This document shows positions 26,763 to 38,204 of a DNA stretch of 64,000 nt, piece by piece. This DNA is from Callorhinchus milii (taxonomy: Eukaryota), in the NCBI RefSeq assembly GCF_018977255.1, contig NW_024704743.1:104780001-104844000 (forward strand), in the 5' to 3' direction. Positions within the stretch are counted from its first letter, which is position 1. Each line of letters begins with the position of its first letter. A program made the position numbers and the translations under genes. The notes below the pieces were generated by a model, which worked only from the letters and a program-made list of their open reading frames with translations, was not told the DNA's origin and did no database searches.

Positions 26763-27435
26763 GTTGCTTGTTGACCTATTTTGTATTTCCAGCATTTTGC
26801 TATTTTTATTTCAGATATCTTAATGTTGAGCTTTTTGCCCATTTATCAGTATGAATTGTGCCCTTTTCTATGAACCCACCAATGTGGTAGCTTAGTTTAG
26901 ACACAGAGATGAAAATCTTTCCATTATTCATACTATGGAAAAGAAGCATTTCAGTAATCTTGGTCACATACAACCACCTACTGAATATTAATAGAAAAGG
27001 CAATGAGACAAACCTCACAGGAAGAAACTAATGTGCACAATGAGAAGGTTTGGTTTTAAATGGAAAGTGAGCATTCTTACATACATGATTCTTCTTAATA
27101 CTGGACTGAGCAGTTGCATTTCCATTAGGTACCATCAATCTGAACAGGTGCTTTTTAATTCCATTAACATCCATCCATCTCATGTGACTCCACTAATGTC
27201 CGTCGGTCTCTTTGTACTTTGATTCTGTTAGGGTCCATCTGTCTCAGCAGGTTGTATTTAGGGTTCATTAATCCATGCTCCTGTAATTTAATTCTGTTAG
27301 GGTCCATCAGTTTGAGCATGCTTGACAAAAGCAATTCTTCTCCAAGTAACTTGGCACCAAACTGGTCTACTCACTTATTTCCCTCCTACACCAGTCAGTT
27401 CAAAGTCTTCAAGCAAATGTTTTGCCACACAGCTA

Positions 27436-27549
27436 TATCCTTTTGACTTTTCCTTGTGATATTCAAGTCAAATTAAGTATTTATTACCAGAATCTGGTGA
27501 GAAATATTTAATTGGACTCAAATATCACGAGGAAATGTCAAAAAGACAT
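27436..27549. repeat. ~110-bp imperfect palindrome
   Basis: ttttgacttttccttgtgatattcaagtcaaattaagtatttattaccaga-a-tctggtgagaaatatttaattggactcaaatatcacgaggaaatgtcaaaa. Confidence 0.85.
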
Positions 27550-28574
27550 CTCAACAAATGTGCAATTATTGAATATGTAAAACAGTGATGTTTTGGGAAG
27601 TTTAATAATGTAACATTTCTTAATAAGAAATGTGTTAACAAATATTGCAAATTAGTGCCAGACCATGTTGTGGTCTAAAATGAGAGTTGGGCTAATACCC
27701 CGTAGGTTAACCACATTCAAATGCTTGTAAGTGCCCTTAATTATGCAAATAATCATCATTTTAGGTTACAAGTATTTTGCATTTGAAAGTGGTTAGTCCA
27801 TGAACTATTTGCCCAACTTGCATGTTAGTACATCATCAAGCCTCTTACTTATTTGGGTAATGGGGATATGTATCTATGTGGTCATCTTCAAAGATTAATT
27901 TGGGACATTCCTGTGATTTTAGCTTCAAATGTCACATAGAACATGAATTTTGCCCATTGTAAAAGCATCCTTTTAAAAAAGTAAATTATATTATTAAGAC
28001 ATTTAGAAGCACTTCACTGCTTCACATTTTTATGCGAAGCAAAGTTAAAGCAAATTTCGACCAAGTTCATTTTGAAGAAGCTATCAATAAAGGTTGGAGG
28101 ACAAGTCTGTTATTAATTTGCAGAATATTTTCATGAAATTGCTGCTTCCAGTCCGTAAATCAAACCGATGGCATTGCCCTTGAAAAATGAAGGCTTCTGC
28201 TGTACCCTGTAATGTAGAAAAGGGTCTCATTGGAGCACAAATCAGCACCTTGTGCTCTCTTCTTTTAATCCTCCCACTTAACCTTATGGTATAAAGGTTA
28301 TCGCTGTCTCCTTAGTTAATTACAACACTTATTTATTAATGGTTTCATTTATTATCACCATTTCACTATTTGGTTATCTTTTATGTATTTTGCTCAGTTC
28401 AGGAATATAGTAAACATTATTGTATTACAAAAGATTAAAAGGACATTGCAGTCAAGAGTTTACAATTTTAAATAAATTACATTCACACTGCAATACAGAG
28501 AAGACAGAAAGTTGTCAAATTTTTACCATTATTTATTTAAACACTTTCATTTTTTTGTCAATTTTTCTGCTCCA

Positions 28575-28832
28575 AACTAGGGGATCAGGACACCAGGAGA
28601 AACCTCTTTCTATTTTTAAATAGAGCCTTAGGATTTTTAATGTCAACCTGAACAGGCAGTCAGGACCTTAGTTTAATATCTTGCCTGAAGCATGGCACCT
28701 CTGATAAATACAGTGCACACCAACTACGTAGGCGTGTTGGCCAAGACTATGAGCTCAAAGTCTTCGGGACTTGAACCCACAACCTTCTGACTCAGAGGTA
28801 ACAGTGCTACTGAATGAGCCAGAATGATACCT
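28575..28832 (-). mobile_element. Deu-domain SINE 5' part
   Basis: caggacaccaggagaaacct...aatgtcaacctgaacaggcag...cttgaacccacaaccttctgactcagagg. Confidence 0.8.
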
Positions 28833-29719
28833 AATCCACATACTCACCAAATTATAAGAGTCACTGAAGCACTCAATAATTATCTGTGTTCCTATTGTAT
28901 CAACCATCAACTAAGAATGAAGCATATCATAGCAACAACAAATTACATTTTGTATAGCGTGATTTACGATTAAACATTTTGGAGATGACAAAAATTTCCC
29001 ATATTCTGAATACATATGTTCATGTAAATGTTGCGTATTTGAATTACGCATCCACATAGGCCTCATGAGCAGTCAATTTTCTGTGACTAGAGAACTGAGA
29101 TATACCCTAGTACACTTTCAGAGAACAAACTCAGACCACCGTGGAACCTGAACATCTGTCCGTTAAACATCAGGGAAACTTGGATGCATATCCAAGAGCT
29201 CTCAGATTTGCATATATATACAGATATATATCAACAAAACATCAAAAGAATAGTTAATAGACAGTCAGGAACATTAAGCAGATATCTACTGCATCAGGAG
29301 AAATAACGTCAGGAGAAATAACATCCAACAGGCCATTAAGCAACATGAATCACTGGATCTTAAGGGAACTCAGACCAGTAGACAATCAGAGAATGTGGAC
29401 ACCCACCAACTCTGAGGAGATTTAACTTTGACATAAATGGAGCAAATTGATTTCAAAGGCAAAAACTTCCTGATTTCAGAGATGCTTGCACAATTAGACC
29501 ACAAAGAAAGCACAAAATCAAGCTAATTTAATTACTTTCAAAAGTGCTCAATGTCATAGAAGAAACTCTATAAAGTGCTTAATCCTGTTTTGAAGCTTGA
29601 TACTGTTTTGCCAGTAAACAAATTGCTTAGATATTGCAATAGAAAATACACCCATTTATGACTGTGTTGCTGTTTGCATTGCATATTCTGAGGTACTGCT
29701 ATGATGAATCATTACTTAC

Positions 29720-29791
29720 AATGTGTTCAGGTTTTTCAGCTTCTTGAAGGCTCCAGGTGGGATTGTTCTGATCCGGTTAAATCTCAGATCC
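29720..29791 (-). CDS. PXDNL: Peroxidasin-family (PXDNL/PXDN) internal coding exon, exon 2, first leucine-rich repeat
   Basis: Minus strand reads ctgtttttcttgcag|G GAT CTG AGA TTT AAC CGG ATC AGA ACA ATC CCA CCT GGA GCC TTC AAG AAG CTG AAA AAC CTG AAC ACA TT|gtaagt: 72 nt, canonical acceptor and donor, phase 2/2. Peptide [24 protein letters not shown]; from recall, human PXDNL is [24 protein letters not shown] (3 differences) and PXDN is [24 protein letters not shown] (5 differences). The family call is firm; the paralog call is less certain. Confidence 0.9.
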
Positions 29792-30884
29792 CTGCAAGAA
29801 AAACAGACACTGATCATTAAATGCAATATTTTGGGGGGCTCACAGCATAAAGTAAATTGATTTTAGACAGCAACCTAACATGTTCCACTCAGCTAAGATC
29901 TGATGACTCTTGTTGATCAGCTGGATGTCTGATACATGTGGAAACCCATCACCATGCTTAACAATATCCAAGCCAGGCAGGCTGATGGCATTGAAATCTT
30001 TGCAAGTGTCCTGGTGATTAGCACAGCTCAGTATGAAATGCATAAGAGATTGCCACTATCCTCCTGTGCACAGCTTGGAGACACATCCCGAATCATTGTG
30101 CAATGGATCAACCAATTGGAACACAAATTAACTTTGGTAAAGATCAAGGTAAGAGATGGTAATGCTGGAACATAACACGTTTCAAGCACACAGGTCAAGT
30201 GCAGCAAAATTTACATTCAGAGTCAAGATCTTTCTACTCTGTTGCCAGTGTGCCTCAGACCCAACCCCAGAATAGAACCTGTTTCTACATCACAATGATA
30301 TTTTTAATTTCCTTCACATAAATTTCATCCAGTCTGGGCTTGATATGAATCTATGACCCTGTGGTGGTCACTGTCAAAACCACTGTCCAACTCATTCGTA
30401 CCCTTTGACGCTCAAATCTGCCAATATCGGTAAATGTATTAACTATCAAATGACCATGGTTTATTGACCCAAATCAGAAAGTTTGCATTCCAGCATTATA
30501 TTCTCAATAGAGTAATATATTTTGTTATCATATCAATATTGAGATATTATTCAACATCTGATTTCACTTAATTTCACAAAGCACTACTGGATGATCTTGA
30601 GAATCACTTCCTTTCTATTGAGTAATAACATTGGAGGTATATGCTTCCATTACTAAGATGTAAGTTGCACTGAATCACTGGAGGGTCATATGTTTGACTT
30701 CTATTACTTTCATTGTATATCTATGGACAAGAGCAAAGTGAAAGTAAAGTATTGGAAGGATGCATTATTGAATTTCCAGCTAAGTAAAGGTATGAAGGAA
30801 GCAATAAGCTGAAACAGTTATTGACAGCGTGGAATGCGTTCAGTGAGTAAATAACTTGAGTACAAAAGCTGTTTAATGCTTGAG

Positions 30885-31009
30885 TGTCCTGACCCCCTGC
30901 TCGGGTCATGACCCCCTGCTCGGGTCATGACCCAACTGTGCAGCGCCTTGGGACGTCCTCCTGACGTGAAAGGCGCTCTATAAATGGAATCTTGTTGTTG
31001 TTGTTGTTG
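30885..31009 (+). mobile_element. L2 tail fragment with a 19-bp tandem duplication
   Basis: (tgaccccctgctcgggtca)x2, then cagcgccttgggacgtcctcctgacgtgaaaggcgctctataaatggaatc(ttg)n. Confidence 0.8.
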
Positions 31010-31065
31010 AGTGCACCTGAATCTATTTATTTCCAATTGCACAACATCCAAATTGTTTTTTAAAA

Positions 31066-31157
31066 AAGGCAAAATACTGCTGATGCTGGAATTCTGGTAT
31101 AAACGCAGAAGTCGCCGGGAACACACAGCAGGTCAGGCAGCATCTATGGAGATAAAG
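31066..31157 (-). mobile_element. Penelope-like terminal fragment
   Basis: aaaatactgctgatgctggaa...gggaacacacagcaggtcaggcagcatctatggaga, same family. Confidence 0.65.
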
Positions 31158-32789
31158 TAACTGAAAGCTTGGTATAAGTAGTAAGTGCTTACTCATTGAG
31201 TACCATGTACAGTGTTTAGTTGTTTTCTATGTTCAATGCACCCACATGAAGAGAGGACCAACACTAGAGGGATATAAGCTTTGTGAATTTTTAAGGTTTA
31301 TTTATCTGCTCTTTGGCATTAGTGCAATGTTAGCATCTATTTATTACCTACAAAATACAAAGTCACTACACCTTACAGTTAACCTGAGGTATCCACCTGA
31401 CGTGACGTTCACAATATCAAATATAAGAATTATTATTAGAGACTCGATAAGGAATTTGTGTATTTGTTGTACTTTAACAAAGAGCTTTGTGATTGAACTT
31501 TACTAAATTAGAAAGCTAACCCCCTCCCCCAATCCGTCCAATAAAAGGACACTTCTGCAGCTCTGCAACGCATTGTTAATCGGACTATGAACTCAAAGTC
31601 TCAACTCAAGGCTTGAACCCACACATTTTTTAATCAGAATCATAAGTGCTACCAACTGAGACAAATAAAAATAGAGCTTTATCAATGCAAGTTGTTTAAG
31701 AGCACTGGGATACGTATTCAGCATGATTAGTATTCACCAATAGAGCTAGTGTACATCATTTTGACCCACAAGACAAAACCAGAATGAAAATTTCTCTGGA
31801 TAGAGCAATCTTCTCTGTTGCCTGCATGTTTAAGTTCATTCATTATAGCCTGGGCTCAAATATGTTGTGTTACATTTGTTTCTATTATAAATTCCAATAT
31901 GCGGACAAGAAAATGACACTGTTACACTTGCCACATGATCATATTAGCAATTCAGGATGCATATCGCAATAGTCATTATGGCTTTTCCCCTGTGTGTCAT
32001 CATGTGAATGAGCACCAGCTGACTATGCAGTGAGCACATGAATGTTTGTCACTAAGTCACTGGGTATTTAAAGCATATTTTACAACAAACCAAATATGAA
32101 GGAGATCTTAAGAGTTCTGACGATAAGAATGCATTCCTCAACATTTGGTGATGATCATGCACTAGAATTCCTTGAATGAATTGTAACTTCTCAAGTATCC
32201 ATTTTTCTATAAATGTTATACCTTTACTAAATGCATATATTAGGCTTGAGAGATTCTTGCTTGAAGAGTTCCCACCAGGTGGACCACACACAGCACATTG
32301 ATATATAGCTCCACAGAAAATACCTCAAGTCAGAAGTAACAGTATGTCATCAAAGTATTCACACAGCAGGTTGGTACAGTATGCTACACATTATTCAAAG
32401 CATAAGTGGTATCTCATAAGAGAATCCTTTGTGCAGGAGATAGACTGAAATATATGATAAGAGATGTTGGGAGCAATTTTTAATTTGTTTTTACCTAAGT
32501 ATAAAAATAGCATAAATTAGAATTGTGGTCTGCCATTTTTGGATAGGTGTGAAGTGCTACTCTTTTTATTGCTTTTAATCACTGCAACAATAAAAAAAAC
32601 TGTATATGTTAATGATGGTCATGATGGTCATAATATGCACCATTTGTAACCTTAGATAGCAGAGAGCATCACAATGCCACAGAACTCAGTCCTTTTTCAA
32701 ATCCATTATTTATTATACTGTAAATAAGTAGTTGTAGTCCTGGAAAACGGGAATTACTGTGAGGTGTAGTAACTGTGCATTTCTAATTG

Positions 32790-33112
32790 AATGAGGAAGC
32801 CAATTTTCACACAGCAATGCCTCATAAACAGCCATGATGTGAATGTCCAATTTTGTTTAGGGAACTGTTGGCCAGGACCTCAGGAGAACCTCCCTTTTCT
32901 TTTCAAGTAGTGCCATGGGATCGTCAACATCCACCTGAACAGAAGACAGGACCTCGGTTTAATATCTTATTTGAAGAACAGCATCTCTGACAATGCAACA
33001 CAACTCCATTGCATTGGAGTGTCAGCCTAGTTTGCGAGTTTAGTATCGATTTGGGGCTTGAACCCATAATCTTCTGACTCCGAGGCGTTTCCAAATGAGC
33101 CACGCTGACACC
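32790..33112 (-). mobile_element. Deu-domain SINE
   Basis: tagtgccatgggatcgtcaacatccacctgaacag...gacctcggtttaa...ggagtgtcagcctag...gaacccataatcttctgactc. Confidence 0.85.
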
Positions 33113-33164
33113 TGCTACTGGTTAGTTGTGCAGAATCTGAAAAGTTGTCTACCGATAGTGGCAC

Positions 33165-33382
33165 GCAGAGGGTGGGGCATGTGCAACAAGCCCAAATTTG
33201 CCGAGCAGAGTGGGAAAGCAGAGCAGAAGTTCGGAGAGCTAAGGAGGTGCTAGGACATAGAGGGATTTATAGGTGAGGGTTTAGATGTTGAAATCGCACC
33301 CCTGGGAGATAAACAGTTAATGGGAGTTTGACAAGGACTGGGTTGATACACATATGGAGTTTGGTGCGGGTGACTGCTGGAG
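33165..33382 (-). mobile_element. Old L2 ORF2 fragment
   Basis: Similar to 62990-63160 (gagggatttataggtgaggg...gttgaaatc...agtttgacaaggactggg...ggagtttggtgcgggtga). Confidence 0.55.
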
Positions 33383-33651
33383 TAATACCATTTGGTTTTA
33401 CCGTAGGAGTTTTAAATGTTTAATCTTTCTACAACGTAAATGCTTGATGATGCTTTCATGTTGTTTCGGGGCAAAATGAGAATTTGCAACTGCACACTTT
33501 GTGGAACAACTGTAAAAGATGCTTGAATAATAATCCCAGTAATTCTTTATAATCTTTACATTTGATATTGTGCATTTTCCATCAGAGGATAACTAAAAGC
33601 ACTTCAGAGAAGGGCAGTGACTGTGAAGTTGTAGGTGAATATTTGTTTCAA

Positions 33652-34860
33652 TGAGCTTTATTTTGAAAACATATATTTATCTGTAAATATAATATTTGGT
33701 AAAACAAAAATCCAAAACAAACACAAAGTACATGATCTTCTGTTACAATTTTTTTCCTTTTCTCCCGATACAAAAAACATTCCATTGTTTACGATACATT
33801 CTTTTACCGCACATATGTTGTTCCCCTTTTTTTGGGACTCTCCCTTTAACACAGTCGGGAATCGGCCCTGTGTACACCACATCCATGCGCGCACCCACAC
33901 ATACCCTGATAAGGTACACTTGCCGCTTTTGGAAGCCACCCCGATGTCCACCGTACGCGCATATGTTCATCGTACATACATTTTCGGACGCTCTTTGGTG
34001 ACATCTCGAGCGTCCTTCTGTACCCTTACTTGAGTCAGTTTTGGGTGTGCTCGTGGGCTACCCGGTGGGTGTGCTCTGAGCGGGTTGTGCTGGAGCATCT
34101 CCTGCTGGGTTCAGGCCCCATCTGGCCTTTGCCGCGGTTGAACTGAACTTCAGTTTGTCCCTCGGTATATACTCCCTGAGCCTACTGTACGTGAGCCTGA
34201 GGCAGGTCCTCTCCGTCCCTTCATTCTGCCAGAAGAACGCATGGTCTTGGGAGTGCCAAAGGGCCTCCTTTACCGAGTTTATGATCCTCCAGACAAACTC
34301 AATGTGGATTTTGCTGTGGGTGCCCGGGAAGAGGCCGTACAGCACCGAGTGCCATGACAGCAGATCCCCAGGGACGAACCAAAGCACCTTTGCAAAACAA
34401 CACTCCAGGACGAGGTGGTCCATGGTCTCCTGGACTCTGCAGCTGGCCCGAGGGCAACATACTGACTGGCCCAGTCCTCGACCGTGCGTGAAAACCCTGA
34501 GGGGAAGGGCCCCCTTTATCGCCAGCTGGGCCATGTCCTGATGGTTGTTGGTCAGGGCCGCTGAAAAGGCATTTTGCCAGACATAGCTGCTGTCATCGCA
34601 GGGTACCTCTCGATCAGGTCTGCCCTCTCCCCCTTTCGAACTGTTTCTGTGCTACCTGCCGCAGGATAGCTCGTTGATTGTGCGGGGTCTGGGATGTTGT
34701 TCTTCAGGAATTTCTCAACTTAGTTCTCCACACTCCAACTGTGTGGAACGTTTTGAAGCAGTTCTGCCAGACCCACCCTTCTTAGCACCGAGTACGGGTA
34801 AAAACCCAGCATGTCGCAGTACTGCACATTTCTTTACTCCTCAAACAGCACTCAAGCATG
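33652..34860 (-). mobile_element. 5'-truncated Tx1-clade (L1 superfamily) LINE: ORF2 C-terminus with CCHC zinc knuckle plus 3' UTR
   Basis: ORF 34058-34534 and its upstream extension read VWQNAFSAALTNNHQDMAQLAIKGALP...CPRASCRVQETMDHLVLECCFAKVLW...LYGLFPG...INSVKEALW, a zf-RVT-type region. GC-rich; AATAAA near 33657-33662 on the minus strand; upstream frames are disrupted. Confidence 0.8.
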
Positions 34861-35264
34861 TTCACCAGGAGTACACCTATTCCATAGTTCTACATATCAC
34901 ATGTTCAGTGCTTCACTGGACTATTTATTTAACCTTCAGTCGTCCTTGTTAAAACTGGTGCATTTATCAGACCTCAAAAACATATTCCTGCTCCAACGTG
35001 CTAAACTCAATCTAAAGAAAAATCAAACAGTTCTCAGTCCCACATGTCAATTGAACCAGTACTGGGCCTTGATCCAACACATCTGCTTTTAACCCAGGAT
35101 AGTTTTTTCCCACAAACAGCATGGTCAGGTTGAGTCAATCACCCATCGCTATTGGATGGTAAATTTTCTTTACCATCAAATCCAACTGCAGCTGAAGATG
35201 GGTTATTGAACGTCAATAAAGCTAGAATTGTGACTTTCTCAATAATATTTGATAGATTTGTATT

Positions 35265-35383
35265 ATATTTCACCCACAAAACACACAGTCAATTCACTTT
35301 ACTGTATATTCTGTGAAGCATTTTGAGATGTCTCGAAGACGTGATAAGGCGCTATATCAAATGGAAGGATTATTATTATTATA
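35265..35383 (+). mobile_element. SINE 3' tail fragment, one of many; others near 1435-1570, 13402-13495, 14540-14685, 14903-15010, 17457-17570, 21520-21670, 25757-25922, 37158-37270, 45025-45168
   Basis: tttcacccacaaa...cagtcaattcacttt...gagatgtctcgaagacgtgataaggcgctatatcaaatggaaggattatt. Confidence 0.8.
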
Positions 35384-36765
35384 TAATTCAATTTAAGCAA
35401 ATTCTTGCTTGTTAGCTTTGCAATTTGCCATGGAACCAATAGAGCATGATAGGTCCTTTGACCACGGAAGGTCAACAATTTTCAATTACTTCAGGGCGAG
35501 TATGACGACGTGTTTCCCAGTAACTCCCATACCTCAACTGGATAATCGTATTAAAGGGGAAAGCTTGGTATATCTTTGATGTTCTGTCAAAAGACGTTCC
35601 ACATATTTAGTAAATATTACACTCTAATATGTAACAATTCCTAAGAGGATTCTTATTAAAGAAATTGAGTGGGGACACCTTTGGATAGATTTCATGTGCA
35701 TCAAACTAGCCATGAGTACATCATTTGCACCTCACTAACCAACCCTACCGATCGCACTACTACCTCATGCTTGCTGCACTGACTCATGAAAAGGCTACTC
35801 AGAAAGTAGATCATTTTGGACAGACCTTCCCGCAATTCTGTTTTTGAAACCTCACAATCTGAGCATTTAAAATTGAGTTTACTCCACAGATCAACATTGA
35901 AATTTGTGGGCCCTCTGGTTGAATGGCACTGCAGGTGGCATTGGGGCCAAAGATTTTGATGAAGGTATAACCCTCAGCCAGGCATAGACAGATTTAGTGA
36001 GCCAAATTTCAGACATCATGAAAATGTCATGGGTGATTATCACTTAAATTTTTATATTCTGATACTTGTGGTTACCATGAGTGCTTTTTATTTCTGTTTC
36101 CATACCCTGCAAATTTGTCATTGGACAAGGACATTGAGAATCTATTTCTTCAGAGTGACATTCACTGCACGTGATCTGATGACTGGCAATTCAATTTTTC
36201 ATTTTAAAATGAAGATATCATTCAATATGGGGACTTATTTTAAAAGTATTGGATTGTTCACATGCATGTGTGGGTTATGTGTATATCGTACAAATACTTT
36301 TACAAAAATAAAAGATTGTTAAGCCAAACAAATGCTTCCTTTTTTGATTGATCTCAAATCCATCTACCTAACTATATCCTCACTATATTCTCATCCTATA
36401 TCCTCACTCATCTCCTCTCTCCAAAAACAGTTGGAAGCCTTATATTGAATCCATTGAAAATGTCAAATAGCACTTGAAAAGGATTGGTTAAATAATGCAG
36501 CAGTAATAATAATTATCATAATCATCATCCTTGTATTCAAAGCATTGCCTTTCATCTCAGGACGTCTCAAAGTGCTTCAGTGCTACCAACTGAGCCAGGG
36601 TGACACCTAAATGTATGAAGGTAAAGGATACGGAGAAACAACATGCAGAATGGGATTAGAGTATCTGGTTCCAGTGGGGCATCAAGTACCAGCAGACACA
36701 ATGGATTGAAAACAAATAAAATAAGTTCAGCTTGATATTTTAATTTACAATGTCCCATTGTATTT

Positions 36766-37020
36766 GAATAATAATAATTCTTACATTTGGTATAATACCT
36801 TTCACGTCAGAAAGGCATCTCAAAACACTTCAAAGGATATACTGTGAAGTATAGTGACTGTTTATTTCACAAGAGTTATCCATTGGTCCACATAAATCTT
36901 GTCAATCCCTTTTCACCCACCAAAAACACAGTCAATTCAGTTTACAGTGATATTCTATGCAATACTTTGAGATGTCTCGAAGACGTAATAAGGCACTATA
37001 TCAAATGCAAGGATAATAAT
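36766..37020. mobile_element. Two SINE tail fragments in inverted orientation (- about 36766-36865; + about 36910-37020)
   Basis: aataataattcttacatttggtataatacctttcacgtc..., and ...gagatgtctcgaagacgtaataaggcactatatcaaatgcaaggataataat. Confidence 0.75.
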
Positions 37021-38023
37021 CTTGAAAAACTACAAATGACCTCTTTCCCAAGAAATGCAACTTTGCTCAAATATTCAAACTTAAACTCTTGATATCTGGA
37101 ATTATCTATCTGCTCATATCATAAGCTAAAATATATCCTACCTTGAAGTTCAGATTTATAATAATCATAATCCTAATATTTGTATAGCACCTTTCATGTC
37201 AGGAGAATCTTTCAAAACGTTTCACAGGATATGCTGTCAAGTGCAATGAAGTGTAATATTTTGTAGGCAAACCCATTTTGAAGACTTCAATGGCATGGGC
37301 TGATATTCTCTTTATCCTATGAAGATAAACGGTATATTTTATAGTTTTTTTTTGGTTTACATATGCCAAGCAGTTTTCTATTTTAAAAAGGCAACCTTCC
37401 AAACATTCATAAATCATTCTACCAGCAGTCAGAAGTATTTAAGTCAAATCTTTGCCAACTAAAAACATTGAATAGATCTTTGCAAGTAAAATACAAGTAA
37501 TCTCCACTCCTTAATGTAATCCAAATCCAACATTCATTTCATTACTGTTGGCTGGTGAATAGTAACATGAAAAACAAACATCCTGTTCAATTATATTCTG
37601 TCCCTTTTTTTCCCATAACATTTCACATCATTTACAATAGATATAGATTTGGGAGAAAAAAAGGCATTGTTTTAAGATACAAATATTAGCCAATATTATG
37701 ACCCAGGAAAATTAAATTGGCAATTTTCTTTTGTGTGTGCACTGAGGCATCCAAAATAGTATCAAATACAAATGCAGGGATTATTATTATTATTATTACT
37801 CTTATTCATAATCATAAAATATTACAATTTGATTCTTGTCGGTTTTGTTCAGCAACTAAATTCGACAAGTGAGATTAGCTGATTGTTTTCATCTGTAGAA
37901 CAGGATTAGCAGTTTTAGAGTTTGGGAGCTGATCTGGAGATGTCCGACTATGGCAAAGTTCTGGACAGGCTGGGTGTTGCTCTATTATTGCCATGTACGC
38001 TAAACGCTCACCAGTACTGAACA

Positions 38024-38204
38024 CAGTAAACTCCTCATAACCCGTCACTCCAAGGGAAAAGTACTCAGTGGCAAGTTGTCCGGAGTGACGAGTTAGGCAT
38101 ATGTATGAATACTATACACAAATAAATGCAGTCCGGATTTAAGCATGACGACTTTAAGTGGTAGTATTTACCTAAGCCAGGGTCAAGTTATCAGAAGTTT
38201 ACTG
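38024..38204. mobile_element. Tc1/mariner (pogo/Tigger-type) MITE
   Basis: 18-bp TIRs cagtaaactcctcataac / gttatcagaagtttactg (2 mismatches) starting with CAGT; right flank TA, left flank CA; internal inverted repeat 38038-38094. Confidence 0.7.

Larger units (their letters stand above)
1..29719 (-). other. PXDNL: Intron 2 of the peroxidasin-family gene (partial, >29 kb)
   Basis: Downstream of the GTAAGT donor. A manual scan for the next 72-nt LRR exon (LLNNNxI...AFExLENLxY) found none; I could have missed it. Confidence 0.6.

Noticed and set aside
26528-26854. 108-aa hydrophobic ORF
   Set aside because: Product of CT-rich low-complexity DNA.
33635-34033. Overlapping 75-132 aa ORFs on both strands
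   Set aside because: They lie in the Tx1 3' UTR and show no recognisable protein motif.
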